From positions 1-30,450 of IMG/VR virus record IMGVR_UViG_3300020045_007544: a stretch of DNA of 30,450 nucleotides. One strand, given 5' to 3'. The notes beneath the pieces were generated by a model that was not told the origin of the DNA, searched no databases, and worked only from the letters and a program-made list of their open reading frames with translations. Origin of the DNA: a virus (taxonomy: Duplodnaviria; Caudoviricetes). The position numbers were made by a program, and so were the translations under genes. How positions within the stretch are numbered: the first letter of the stretch is position 1; every line of letters starts with the position of its first letter. Of this stretch, positions 9,170-18,886 are shown one piece after another.

Positions 9170-9582
9170 AAGTTTATACAGGAGGCACTTTTGACTTGTT
9201 TCATGCAGGCCATGTAAAGTTCCTAGAGCAATGTGCTCGCTTTGGTAATGTTTATGTATCGCTAAATACTGACGAATTCATAAAAAAGTACAAAGGCACA
9301 GCCCCTGTAATGACTTTTGATGAGCGTAAAAATGTTCTTTTATCTTGCAAATGGGTTCACGATGTATTGCCTAATTATCACGGTGCGGATAGTAAAACAT
9401 CTATTATTTGCGTTGATCCTGACATGATTATTATTGGTTCGGACTGGGCTAGACGCGACTATTACAGCCAGATGGGGTTTGACCAGGATTGGTTAGACAG
9501 CAGAGGAATCACCCTCGCTTACATTCCTTACACTGAAGGCATTAGCACCACTGACATTAAGGCTCGACTCTCTAAGCGGTAG
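9160..9582 (+). CDS. Cytidylyltransferase-family protein (TagD-like glycerol-3-phosphate cytidylyltransferase)
   Basis: GGTFDLFHAGH (HxGH), LNTDEF, GSDW, YTEGISTT. Actual substrate is uncertain. Confidence 0.88.
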   Translation: MGLKVYTGGTFDLFHAGHVKFLEQCARFGNVYVSLNTDEFIKKYKGTAPVMTFDERKNVLLSCKWVHDVLPNYHGADSKTSIICVDPDMIIIGSDWARRDYYSQMGFDQDWLDSRGITLAYIPYTEGISTTDIKARLSKR

Positions 9583-9596
9583 AATAGAAGCATGGC
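9576..9596 (+). promoter_or_regulatory. Leaderless promoter, TAGAAT-N6-ATG
   Basis: GCGGTAGAATAGAAGCATGGC, identical at 12106-12126; no SD sequence. Confidence 0.7.
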
Positions 9597-10194
9597 GATT
9601 ACAAATGGTTACTCCACTCTTGCAGAGGTAAAGGCTGCCCTGCGCATCACTGACACCATTGATGACTCACTGCTTGAGATGGCTATTGAATCTGCCAGCC
9701 GCCTTCTAGATGCTTACACCGCGCGCTCTTTCTACACCCAAGGATCGGCAACCGCTCGCTACTTCGCAGCCGACAATGACTTTGTTTGCCAGATTGATGA
9801 TGCGACCAGCATCACCGAGGTTGCCACCGACTTCTCAGCAGATGGTTCTTATGACACCATTTGGGCTACCACCGATTATGAGCTTCTGCCTTTGAATGGC
9901 CGAGTTGATGGTTTGGCTGTTCCTTACAATGGTTTGCGAGCAATCCAGGACTACACCTTTCCTTTCCTAAATGGCGAGGGCTTGGTGAAGGTTACTGGTG
10001 TTTGGGGCTGGGCTTCAATCCCTATCGCTATCAAGCAGGCTTGTATCATTCAGGCAAGCCGCATCTTCAAGCGCCTAGATTCACCGCTCGGTGTTCTATC
10101 TAGTCCCGATTTGGGATTCATGCGAGTTGGCTCAAAGCTAGACCCAGATGTTGCCCAGTTGGTTGACCCTTACAAGATTGTGAAGTTTGCCTAA
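9592..10194 (+). CDS. Head-tail adaptor (gp6/gp15-like)
   Basis: YSTLAEVKAAL..DDSLLEMAIESASR..D, IPIAIKQA, LDPDVAQLVDPY; position after head genes. Confidence 0.8.
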   Translation: MAITNGYSTLAEVKAALRITDTIDDSLLEMAIESASRLLDAYTARSFYTQGSATARYFAADNDFVCQIDDATSITEVATDFSADGSYDTIWATTDYELLPLNGRVDGLAVPYNGLRAIQDYTFPFLNGEGLVKVTGVWGWASIPIAIKQACIIQASRIFKRLDSPLGVLSSPDLGFMRVGSKLDPDVAQLVDPYKIVKFA

Positions 10195-10610
10195 TGGCTT
10201 CGATTGCTTCACTTCGCACAGGGATAGCAACCAACCTTGGAACTATCTCAGGGCTTCGCACCTCAAGCACCGGCTTCATTCCTGACAATGTGAATCCGCC
10301 TTATGCCATTGTTGCCCCAAGCACTGTGGACTATCACAAGAGCTTCTCTACTGGCGGTCTAAATACTTACAACTTCACAGTCACTGTGGTTGTTGGGCGC
10401 GTATCTGAGCGCACTTCGCAAGCAAGCCTAGATGCTTACTGTTCCCCTACAGGGTCGGCATCTATCAAGGTTGCGGTAGAATCAGATAGGACACTAAGCG
10501 GAAATGCATATGACTGTGTAGTGACCGGCATGAGAAACTATGGATCAATTACCATAGCGGAAAATACCTACTTGGCAGCCGAGTTTGACTTGGTTGTTCA
10601 GGCTAACTAA
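10194..10610 (+). CDS. Putative tail terminator/completion protein
   Basis: 138 aa, between adaptor and major tail protein; TAATG coupling. Confidence 0.65.
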   Translation: MASIASLRTGIATNLGTISGLRTSSTGFIPDNVNPPYAIVAPSTVDYHKSFSTGGLNTYNFTVTVVVGRVSERTSQASLDAYCSPTGSASIKVAVESDRTLSGNAYDCVVTGMRNYGSITIAENTYLAAEFDLVVQAN

Positions 10611-10624
10611 CTAGGAGAATCACA

Positions 10625-11032
10625 ATGGCAAAGTTTGTTGCTACTGATTACAAGGTGACCATCAATGGAACAAACTTGTCATCATCGCTCACCTCTGTTG
10701 ACCTAAGCCTTTCGGCTGATGAGGTTGACACCACCACCTTCGGCGGAGAGTGGCGCACCGTCACTGGCGGTCTGAAGTCTGGCTCGCTAACCCTAAACTT
10801 CAACCAGGACTTCGGTTCGGCTGCTGTTGATGCAACCCTGTTCCCACTGTTCAACACCGCTGCGACTGTGGTCATCACCCCGACCTCTGCAACTGTGTCT
10901 GCTACCAACCCAAGCTACACCGCGATTGCGCTTTGCAACAGCTACCAGCCATTTGCTTCATCAGTTGGTGACCTTGCTACCCTTTCAGTTACTTGGCCTA
11001 CCTCTGGCACTGTAACTCGCGCAACTGCCTAA
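10625..11032 (+). CDS. Major tail (tube) protein
   Basis: Strong RBS AGGAG; Thr/Ser-rich, EVDTTTFG...GLKSGSLTL, VGDLATLSVTWP; directly upstream of the chaperone. Confidence 0.8.
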   Translation: MAKFVATDYKVTINGTNLSSSLTSVDLSLSADEVDTTTFGGEWRTVTGGLKSGSLTLNFNQDFGSAAVDATLFPLFNTAATVVITPTSATVSATNPSYTAIALCNSYQPFASSVGDLATLSVTWPTSGTVTRATA

Positions 11033-11052
11033 TCAGCACTAGACTCTAACTC

Positions 11053-11301
11053 ATGAAGATTAACCTGCGCATTGAGTTTGTGTCTGGCGAGTCACAGGAA
11101 GTTTCTGCGACCGCCCCTGATCTTGTTGCTTTCGAGGACAAGTTCAACCTGAGTGTTACAAAGCTCGAGTCTGAGATGAAGTTCACTCACCTGGTTTGGC
11201 TGGCATGGACTTCTTTGAGCCGACAGAAGTTGACCTCAAAGGAGTTCGATGCCTGGCTTGCTGATGTTGCATCGGTAGGGCCGGAGTCATCCCCAAAATA
11301 G
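11053..11301 (+). CDS. Tail assembly chaperone G
   Basis: Follows the tail tube gene and ends in slippery C-CCA-AAA-TAG; leaderless TAGACT-N7-ATG. Confidence 0.8.
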   Translation: MKINLRIEFVSGESQEVSATAPDLVAFEDKFNLSVTKLESEMKFTHLVWLAWTSLSRQKLTSKEFDAWLADVASVGPESSPK

Positions 11302-11450
11302 TCGGGCTTGGCGATAGTTCCGCACATTGGTATATCGCCAGCCTTGCTTGTGAAACAGGCATCGCCCCTCATCTTCTGCTGCAAGAGAGTGAGCGGATGC
11401 TTTGGACAATGGGCAGGTATTTGGTTAGCCGTAACCAGCCCAGAGGCTAA
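11053..11450 (+). CDS. Tail assembly chaperone GT (programmed -1 frameshift product)
   Basis: XXXYYYZ heptamer CCCAAAA at 11292-11298. The -1 frame reads IVGLGDSSAHWYIASLACETGIAPHLLLQESERMLWTMGRYLVSRNQPRG* and ends just before a terminator. Confidence 0.82.
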
Positions 11451-11451
11451 G

Positions 11452-11488
11452 AGAAACCCCCCTGCTAAACACAGGGGGGTATTTCTTT
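11452..11488. terminator. Bidirectional intrinsic terminator
   Basis: AGAAA-CCCCCCTG-CTAAACA-CAGGGGGG-TATTTCTTT between convergent genes. Confidence 0.8.
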
Positions 11489-11490
11489 GC

Positions 11491-12012
11491 TTAGATTGTT
11501 TCTAGCCCTGTAAGCCTGAAGTTTGTTCCCTGCAAGATCGCACCAGCCGCTAGGTCTAGCATCCGCTGAATCTGCTCAGGTGTGTGGCTAGAGTGCTGAA
11601 GAATCTGGTTAAACTCGAGGCTGTCGCTAATCTGACCATAAGCCAAGCGAAGCACTAGCATCTGCCAGTAAGGGTTGCTGTGTGGGATTGTGTCTGCACT
11701 AATCTGAGCAACCGCTTCTGAGGCAACCGAGATGGTGCAGTCAATGTCACCGAATAGGTGTCGCTCTGAATCCATAGCCTCATTGGCAACCGAGAAGTCT
11801 TGCCCCTCGATGTCTAGGAAGTTCCAATAAGCCCAGCCTCGAGAGTAGTAAGAGGTGGTTTCTAGTTCGCCATCAATGTGGTGAACTAGCTGGGCAACAA
11901 CCAAGCCATGTGAATCTAGGAATGGAGTCACCGGCTGATAGAGAACAAAGTCATCAGCATCTTTCCAGATGGCTGGCTTGTCCAGGATGTCGGTGGTGTA
12001 AATGGTCTGCAT
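11491..12012 (-). CDS. Hypothetical acidic protein, antisense moron in tail operon
   Basis: 173 aa from ATG 12012 (MQTIYTTDILDK...), RBS AAAGGGGA, own promoter TGC-TACAGT near 12055-12063. Confidence 0.8.
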   Translation of the reverse strand: MQTIYTTDILDKPAIWKDADDFVLYQPVTPFLDSHGLVVAQLVHHIDGELETTSYYSRGWAYWNFLDIEGQDFSVANEAMDSERHLFGDIDCTISVASEAVAQISADTIPHSNPYWQMLVLRLAYGQISDSLEFNQILQHSSHTPEQIQRMLDLAAGAILQGTNFRLTGLETI

Positions 12013-12121
12013 TTGATTCCCCTTTGTTTTCAGTGTGTGTTGCTGATAGTTAGAACTGTAGCACAAGTTTCACAATGCAAGCAACAATCTTGGCAAGTTT
12101 CTCGCGCGGTAGAATAGAAGC

Positions 12122-12766
12122 ATGGCTAATCCACTACTCCGCTTTGAGATTGCGACATTCGCTCGCGGTGGAGGTATTGGCCCAAGCGCGCTCAAGGTAA
12201 CCGATATTCGCAAGCTACAAAAGCGCCTCAAGGAGATTGATCCGAAACTTCGCACCGCACTCTTGCGAGATGCCAAGAAAGAAGCAGCCCCGACTGTTAC
12301 CGCTGTCAAGTCCGCAATTGCTGCTGTCACTCCTAACAGTGGAATGCTTCGCCCTGGCGCTCGCCTCAACTGGAACAATGCCATTGACAGCAAGGGTCGC
12401 TCGCACCCACTAATGGATGTCAAGCCTATGTTCCGCACCTCGATGTCAGGTCGCTCGACAACTACCAGCCTGGTTGTGGTCAAGGTCGGCAACCCAGCGG
12501 TTACTCTTGCCGACATGGGTGGGCGCTCTGGTCGCTACAAGAATGCCGGTTACAAGGGTTCTGGCTACACTCGGGAATACCCTTACAAGGGCAAGACTCG
12601 AAGCCACAAGGTCAATGGTCAATTCCGAGGCATCGAAGAGAAGATTGGTGGCAGGGCTTCTCGCTTTGTCTGGCCAGCCGCCGAGAGGTCTATCCCAGCA
12701 GCGCGCGAGGCTATCGATAAGATTTTGCGCGAGGCTTATGCTCGCATAAATAGAGAAGGTATTTAA
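12122..12766 (+). CDS. Basic tail/neck protein (possibly HK97 gp10-like)
   Basis: Arg/Lys-rich, SRFVWPAAE; coupled to tape measure; leaderless promoter at 12110. Confidence 0.55.
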   Translation: MANPLLRFEIATFARGGGIGPSALKVTDIRKLQKRLKEIDPKLRTALLRDAKKEAAPTVTAVKSAIAAVTPNSGMLRPGARLNWNNAIDSKGRSHPLMDVKPMFRTSMSGRSTTTSLVVVKVGNPAVTLADMGGRSGRYKNAGYKGSGYTREYPYKGKTRSHKVNGQFRGIEEKIGGRASRFVWPAAERSIPAAREAIDKILREAYARINREGI

Positions 12767-14988
12767 TGGCTGTTTCAATTCTCATTCCCCTAAAAGCCAT
12801 CTTCGATGACAAGGGCATCAAAGAAGCTCAGGCAGAGTTTGCCAAACTAGGTAAGTCTATGAAGGGCTTGCTCGGTGCTGCCGGTATCGCGGTAGGTCTA
12901 GGCGCTGTTGTATCTGGCTTGAAGGCTGCCGCTTCGGCTGCCGCTGAAGATAACAAGTCACAGGCGCTTCTCGCTACTCAGTTGCAAAATACTGTCGGCG
13001 CTACTGATCAGCAAATCGCTGCCACTGAGCGCTCTATCTCCGCAATGCAGATGCAAGCCTCAGTTGCTGATGACACTATCCGCCCAGCTCTTGCAGCGCT
13101 TGTCCGAGCCACTGGCGATTTGGGCGATGCTACTCAGCTAACTTCCCTGGCTCTTGATGTCAGCGCAGGAACTGGCAAGGATGTTCAATCTGTCGCTGTC
13201 GCGCTAGGCAAGGCTTACCAAGGCAACACTGCTGCGCTTACCAAGATGGGCCTCAATGTCAAGGGCATGAAAGACCCACTGGGTCAACTGGCTAAAGAGT
13301 TTGAAGGAACTGCTAAGGCTGCTGCCGAAACCGACCCTATGCAGCGGTTGGAAATCATCTTCGGTGAACTAGCCGAACAGGTTGGCATCGCGCTTCTTCC
13401 AGCACTAAATGAGTTTGCTGATTGGATGGCTGACCCAGTTCATGCCAAAGAAGCACAGAATCTTGCACAAACTATCGGTGGCGCATTTGGCACAATCCTC
13501 ACAGAAGTCGCTGGTCTAATCGAGGGTCTGGCTGTTGTTGGCTGGTCACTCGATAACCTCTTCAAGAACCCTATGGAAGTCTTTAAGGTTCTAGGCATGA
13601 CCATCGGTGAGGGTTATGACTACATCATGAAGAAGCAGAATGAGGCCATGAAGAATGGTCAAAAAACTGCACCATTCATTGTGCCTGATTACACCGGAGT
13701 AACCGGCGGCAACTACAAGGGTGGCACTGGTTCTAGCGGTCAGTCGGCTGCTCAGAAGAAGGCGGAAGCTGCTGCCAAGGCTGCTGCCGCTAAGGCTGCT
13801 AAGGCGCGCCAAGACATCATTGATGCTGCTCAGAAGGCAGCTGATGAGGCGAAGCAAGCATTTGAAGAACTCAAGATGGCAATTGATGATTTCAACAAGT
13901 CATTTGCTGCCACTGCCGATGCCTTCCGAGTTGTCTTCAAGTTCAGCGCCCCACTAGGCGAGTTTGAACAGCAGACTGTTGATGCCTTCCAGTCTATGAA
14001 GGATGCCACGCAAGAGGCATTTGACAACAAACTAATCACCGCTAAGTCGCTTGCTTCGCTTCAGGCTTATGCAACACAAGAGCAAGCGCTTCTAGTCGGC
14101 ATTGCTAAACAGCGCGATGTGCTGGCTAAGAAAATCAGCATTGCCCAAGCAATCACTTCGGGGGTTATGGGTTCACTAAACCTAACCTCAATGCTTGAAA
14201 CCCAGACCAAGCAGGTCACTAAGTCTGTCAGCTCAATGGTCAATGGCATCGCCCTGACTACCACCCAGACATTTGATGAGGTTGTTTCTGGCGGTCTAGC
14301 CGACAGTTTCAAGAAGCTGGTTGACAAGACTAAGGCTTTCGCTACTAACCTGACCAAACTCAAGGCGCTTGGTCTAAATGGCAACCTATTCAAGCAGATT
14401 GTGGATGCTGGTGCTGAGGGTGGCAATGCAACCGCTGAGGCCATCATTGCCGGCGGCGCGGATGCGGTTACCGAGCTAAACAAACTGTTCACTGAACTAA
14501 GTGATGCTGGCAATGAGATTGCTAAGACTACAACCCCTGTGCTGTATGCCCTTGGTGAGGACATAACTAACTCATTCATTGATGGGTTGCGCTCTGAAGA
14601 TCAGAAGCTCATTGATACCGCTACCGCTATGGCAGCCTTGTTCACTTCACAGTTCAAGACTCAGTTGGATAAGGCTATGGGTTCAACTCTTAGCACCATG
14701 CAACAGACAGGCATCCAGGCTCAGACTTCGCTAGACCTAGCAAGCCGACCTGACCCAGTGCGCTCACCTCAGTCTTATGCAGCCTGGCTGTCAAGCATCG
14801 GTGGTATTGATCCTGTTCGCTCGCCACAATCTTATGCGGCAGCACAAGCAGCGAATACCTACAATGTCACTATCAATGCCAATGCCATCACCGACCAGGC
14901 TTCACTCCCTAGCCTTGTTACTAATGCGCTTATCACAGCAAACAAGCAGGGTTTGACTGGCGGTCTAAGCAGATTGTTGGCTATCTAA
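12766..14988 (+). CDS. Tape measure protein
   Basis: Longest ORF (740 aa), Ala-rich and helical, downstream of the G/GT chaperones. Confidence 0.9.
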   Translation: MAVSILIPLKAIFDDKGIKEAQAEFAKLGKSMKGLLGAAGIAVGLGAVVSGLKAAASAAAEDNKSQALLATQLQNTVGATDQQIAATERSISAMQMQASVADDTIRPALAALVRATGDLGDATQLTSLALDVSAGTGKDVQSVAVALGKAYQGNTAALTKMGLNVKGMKDPLGQLAKEFEGTAKAAAETDPMQRLEIIFGELAEQVGIALLPALNEFADWMADPVHAKEAQNLAQTIGGAFGTILTEVAGLIEGLAVVGWSLDNLFKNPMEVFKVLGMTIGEGYDYIMKKQNEAMKNGQKTAPFIVPDYTGVTGGNYKGGTGSSGQSAAQKKAEAAAKAAAAKAAKARQDIIDAAQKAADEAKQAFEELKMAIDDFNKSFAATADAFRVVFKFSAPLGEFEQQTVDAFQSMKDATQEAFDNKLITAKSLASLQAYATQEQALLVGIAKQRDVLAKKISIAQAITSGVMGSLNLTSMLETQTKQVTKSVSSMVNGIALTTTQTFDEVVSGGLADSFKKLVDKTKAFATNLTKLKALGLNGNLFKQIVDAGAEGGNATAEAIIAGGADAVTELNKLFTELSDAGNEIAKTTTPVLYALGEDITNSFIDGLRSEDQKLIDTATAMAALFTSQFKTQLDKAMGSTLSTMQQTGIQAQTSLDLASRPDPVRSPQSYAAWLSSIGGIDPVRSPQSYAAAQAANTYNVTINANAITDQASLPSLVTNALITANKQGLTGGLSRLLAI

Positions 14989-16214
14989 TGACAACTGAAC
15001 TTGTAGAGCTAGGCTTCGACCTCCCAGCCTCGGTTGGTAACTTCTTCACCCTTGATGACCCTGTAAAGGGCAAGTTGGATAACACCACCTATGTCCTCAG
15101 CGGTGTGATTTTCTATGATGTCACCAGCCGAGTGCGAGGCTTCACTATCCGCCGAGGTAAGTCGCGCCAGTTGGATAACTACCAAACCGGTCAGGCACAG
15201 ATTGTTCTAAACAACAATGACCGCGCCTTTGATCCAACCTATGCTGCCAGCCCTTACTATGGGCAGGTTATTCCGAAGCGAGAAATCCGCATCAGCTCGA
15301 ATGGTGTCCGCCAATACACCGGACTCATTGATGACTGGAATCTAGACTATGCCCCGCAAGGCGATAGCACCGCCTCTGTGGCAGCCTCGGATGGCTTCGC
15401 TAAACTAGCCAACCAAACTCTCACCGGTGGCACTGCAACCAGCCAGTTATCAGGTGCGCGCATTGAAGCAATCCTTGACTCTTCAGATGTCCTCTGGCCA
15501 ACAGCGGATCGAAGCATCGACACAGGAACAGTCCTGCTCGGTGCAGATGTCCAGGCGGTAGATGCCAATGTCCTCAACTATTTGCAGATTGTTGAAACCA
15601 CTGAGTCAGGTCGCTTGTTCATTGACAAGTCTGGCAAGCTAGTTTTCGATGATGCTGATGCGGTGCGCCCTGTCGGCTCAACCGCAATCAACCTGGCTGA
15701 TGATGGAACAGGCATCAAATATACAGGGATGCAAGTTGTTTATGGTTCAGAGCTTCTCTACAACCAGACTGTTATCGGCTCTGTAATCGGCGCTGCCGGC
15801 ACAGCGATTGCTAATGGAACTGCCAGCCAAGCCCAGTATGGTATCCAGACCTACACCCGCACAGACCTTCTCATGGCTAACTCTGCGGATGTCGATTACC
15901 TAGCAAGCCACCTAGTCACCCAGTATCAAAACCCTGAGTTCCGCTTCGAGGCTGTAACCATCGACCTTGGGCAAATCAGCACCGCTGAAGCCAACCAGAT
16001 TCTTGGCATTGAAATTGGGCAGTTGTGCCAAATCAAGTTCACCCCGAACAATATTGCCCCAGCAATTCAGAAGTATGCGGAAGTTATCAGCATCGCCCAC
16101 TCAGCCGATGTCAACCGCCACCAAGTAACCCTCGGCTTCTCAACCCTCGACTATGTGCCATTTATCCTAGATGATACTGTTTTTGGTAGACTAGATACAG
16201 GGCCACTCGGCTAA
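14988..16214 (+). CDS. Minor tail protein (tail tip/hub)
   Basis: Directly after TMP; IRRGKSRQLD..LNNNDRAFDP; related termini FTLDDPVKGKLD / FILDDTVFGRLD. Confidence 0.75.
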   Translation: MTTELVELGFDLPASVGNFFTLDDPVKGKLDNTTYVLSGVIFYDVTSRVRGFTIRRGKSRQLDNYQTGQAQIVLNNNDRAFDPTYAASPYYGQVIPKREIRISSNGVRQYTGLIDDWNLDYAPQGDSTASVAASDGFAKLANQTLTGGTATSQLSGARIEAILDSSDVLWPTADRSIDTGTVLLGADVQAVDANVLNYLQIVETTESGRLFIDKSGKLVFDDADAVRPVGSTAINLADDGTGIKYTGMQVVYGSELLYNQTVIGSVIGAAGTAIANGTASQAQYGIQTYTRTDLLMANSADVDYLASHLVTQYQNPEFRFEAVTIDLGQISTAEANQILGIEIGQLCQIKFTPNNIAPAIQKYAEVISIAHSADVNRHQVTLGFSTLDYVPFILDDTVFGRLDTGPLG

Positions 16215-16224
16215 GGAGAAAATT

Positions 16225-16623
16225 ATGGCATTTGTTGGCAAGAAAACTTGGAGTGCAGCGGATGTGCTGTCGGCTTCCGACATGAACAGCCTGGTCACTC
16301 AGACTGGTGCTTTCCTCGGCACAGCTTCGACCGCTACCGCTTACACTGTTGGATCGGCTGATGCTTGGAAGAGTATCCGCTTCACTAACTCAACTGCTTC
16401 TGTGGTGACTATTGGAACTGCTGCGGGTATGGCTGTTAATGACCGCTTTGATGTGTTCCGCGAGGGTGGAACTGTGACCCTTGTTTTTGGTTCTGGCATT
16501 GTTGCTGCGGCTAATGGAACTGCTCGCACCGCTGGCACTTTCACTCTTGGCACTCAATATACTGGTGCTTCTGTTTGGTATGTGGACACTAATGCTTATC
16601 GCATCATTGGACAGGTCAGCTAA
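16225..16623 (+). CDS. Short tail fibre/receptor-binding-like protein
   Basis: RBS AAGGAG; N-terminal TWSAADVLSASDMN anchor-like segment, beta-rich C-terminus. Confidence 0.6.
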   Translation: MAFVGKKTWSAADVLSASDMNSLVTQTGAFLGTASTATAYTVGSADAWKSIRFTNSTASVVTIGTAAGMAVNDRFDVFREGGTVTLVFGSGIVAAANGTARTAGTFTLGTQYTGASVWYVDTNAYRIIGQVS

Positions 16624-17181
16624 TTGCTTGGCTCGCTTTGGTTCAACAGTTTTAGTGCTGGTGGCAGTGGTGGTGCTGGCGATTATGAACTAATCAGCAC
16701 AACTGTTCTTGGTTCTTCTGCTGCTTCTGTCACCTTCTCAGGGTTGGGAACTTCGGCTGCTGCTTACAAGCATCTACAGATTCGCATTGTCAATCGCTCA
16801 GTTTCTAGCAATGCCAATACTCATGTGAGATTCAATGGTGACACTGGCTCAAATTACAGTATGCATCAACTGTATGGAACAGGGTCAGGAGTTGGTTCGG
16901 CCGCTACTACAAGCGGAAACCGCATTTATCAAATTGCTGCTTTGCCGCCTAGCAGTAGCCAATTCGCGCCGGCGATTGTAGACATTTTAGATTTCTCTTC
17001 GACTACCAAAAATAAAACTCTGCGCTCTTTGCGCGGTATGGCCGACCCCGGCGCAGGATTGTCAGACATTGAATTGCTTTCGGGTGCTTGGTACTCAACC
17101 GCTGCTGTCACTTCTATGGAAATCTTTGGTGATTTCAACTTTGTTACTGGCAGCCGATTCAGCCTGTATGGCCTTAAGTAG
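16624..17181 (+). CDS. Tail-associated protein, paralog 1
   Basis: ISTTVLGSSAASVTFSGL..YKHLQIR..RFNGDTGSNY..STAAVTS..SLYG; TTG start. Confidence 0.75.
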   Translation: MLGSLWFNSFSAGGSGGAGDYELISTTVLGSSAASVTFSGLGTSAAAYKHLQIRIVNRSVSSNANTHVRFNGDTGSNYSMHQLYGTGSGVGSAATTSGNRIYQIAALPPSSSQFAPAIVDILDFSSTTKNKTLRSLRGMADPGAGLSDIELLSGAWYSTAAVTSMEIFGDFNFVTGSRFSLYGLK

Positions 17182-17197
17182 AATGGCAGGTTTATAA

Positions 17198-17680
17198 ATG
17201 GTATCCGCAATGGTCAGCTTGGCTACAACTACCCTTGGCAGCGCAGCAAGCACTGTCACTTTCAGCAGTATTCCTGCAACTTATCGCGATTTGCGGTTAG
17301 TTGTGAGTGGAACTACTGGAAGTCTTAACCTTATTCTGATTAAGTTGAATGGTGATTCAGGAACAAACTATTCATCGGTGCAGATGTATGGTGACGGCAC
17401 AAATGCGGCATCCGCATCAGGCACAGGTGAAATCGGAACTGCTATTGGTATTTTTGGCACAACTCAAGCCTCATCAACTTGCGATGTGATGGACTATTCG
17501 GCAACTGATAAGCATAAGTCTGTTTTATCGCGCGGTAATAATACTGCTAATACTGTTCGAGCTTGGGCTGGTCGCTGGGCTTCAACTGCTGCTGTTACTT
17601 CGCTTCAGGTTTATCCTAATGCTGGTGACTCATTTCAAGCCGGAACAACTGCCAGCCTCTATGGGATTGTGAGCGCATAA
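17198..17680 (+). CDS. Tail-associated protein, paralog 2
   Basis: [45 protein letters not shown]. Confidence 0.78.
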   Translation: MVSAMVSLATTTLGSAASTVTFSSIPATYRDLRLVVSGTTGSLNLILIKLNGDSGTNYSSVQMYGDGTNAASASGTGEIGTAIGIFGTTQASSTCDVMDYSATDKHKSVLSRGNNTANTVRAWAGRWASTAAVTSLQVYPNAGDSFQAGTTASLYGIVSA

Positions 17681-18381
17681 TGGCTTGTGCGGTCGATGGC
17701 TGTGACAAACCGCATGATGCTAAAGGCTATTGCAACTCTCACTATGCCAAGTTTCGCCGCTATGGCAATCCGCTAGAACCCTCAAAGATGCGCGGAAAAT
17801 ACCAAGGCGCTAGTTGTCTAGTCGATACTTGCAATGAGTTTGCAAAGGCGAATAACTACTGCGGAGCGCACAATGCTCGCTTCAAAAAATATGGTGACCC
17901 ATTGGGCTATAGATTGCGAAAAGAGCGCAAAGTATGTGGCAACCTAACTTGCGAGCGGTTAGCTCAAACTGGTGGCTACTGCGATACTCACAAGCGCTGG
18001 TTCAATAAAACTGGGGATGCCAATGTGCGCCCTCCTCAACAGCGCACAGGCCCTCGCCCTGGTTCGCGCAAAAGCCCTATTACTCCAAAGAACTATATTT
18101 TGAAGTATGTTACCGATCATCCTTACCTAAAAGATGGCAATCAATTTGAGCATCGGGTTGTGATGAGTGAGGCATTAGGCAGACCATTGTTGCCTTTAGA
18201 AAATGTCCACCACAAGAATGGTGATAGGCATGACAACAGGATTGAGAATCTAGAGATTTGGTCAACAGCTCAACCGTCAGGTCAGCGGATTGAAGATAAG
18301 ATTGATTATGCGCTTGAGATTCTTGCTCAGTATGCGCCCGAGTATTTGAAGGATGGTGCGCCTTGTCAATCAGCAAGCTAG
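17680..18381 (+). CDS. HNH homing endonuclease with three N-terminal Cys/His repeats
   Basis: EHRVVM..LGRPL...[21 protein letters not shown] (HNH_3-like); three Cx4C-x9-CxxH repeats. Confidence 0.9.
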   Translation: MACAVDGCDKPHDAKGYCNSHYAKFRRYGNPLEPSKMRGKYQGASCLVDTCNEFAKANNYCGAHNARFKKYGDPLGYRLRKERKVCGNLTCERLAQTGGYCDTHKRWFNKTGDANVRPPQQRTGPRPGSRKSPITPKNYILKYVTDHPYLKDGNQFEHRVVMSEALGRPLLPLENVHHKNGDRHDNRIENLEIWSTAQPSGQRIEDKIDYALEILAQYAPEYLKDGAPCQSAS

Positions 18382-18869
18382 CAGAAGTCACAGTTGGCGC
18401 AGGTGGTGCATCAAGCATTGACTTCACCAGCATCCCAGGCACTTACACCGATTTGATGGTTGTTATGTCAATACGAAACAATAACACTTCGGCTTTTACA
18501 GACATTAGATTTAATGGTTCAACTGGAAGCGGAATTTTTATTTATGGCAATGGCGCTTCTGCTACTTCTCTTAATGTAAGCGCAAACTATGTAGTGGCTA
18601 CATCAGCCTATACAGCAAATACTTTTGGAAATGCGACTGTTTATATTCCTAACTATGCATCAACAACTACTAACAAATCATTTTCTATTGACGCAGTTAG
18701 CGAGAATAACTCCACCACTGCTTACCAATCTTTAACTGCTGGTATTTGGTCAAATACTGCTGCTATAAATCAAATAACTTTAGGCGCTGCTAATGGTGTA
18801 GCACAATACTCATCCGCCACCCTGTATGGAGTGCTGAAAGGCAGCTCTGGTGGTGTAACTGTTTCATAA
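18363..18869 (+). CDS. Tail-associated protein, paralog 3
   Basis: [48 protein letters not shown]; TTG start overlaps the HNH end. Confidence 0.75.
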   Translation: MSISKLAEVTVGAGGASSIDFTSIPGTYTDLMVVMSIRNNNTSAFTDIRFNGSTGSGIFIYGNGASATSLNVSANYVVATSAYTANTFGNATVYIPNYASTTTNKSFSIDAVSENNSTTAYQSLTAGIWSNTAAINQITLGAANGVAQYSSATLYGVLKGSSGGVTVS

Positions 18870-18886
18870 CTAGAAAGAAGAAAACA

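Noticed and set aside
11308-11505. 65-aa ORF or stop readthrough after chaperone G
   Set aside because: It runs through the terminator. The -1 frame after the canonical slippery site is the better explanation, and that frameshift is well known rather than novel.
13745-13810. Ala/Lys low-complexity GCT/AAG repeats in the tape measure
   Set aside because: Ordinary helical linker composition.
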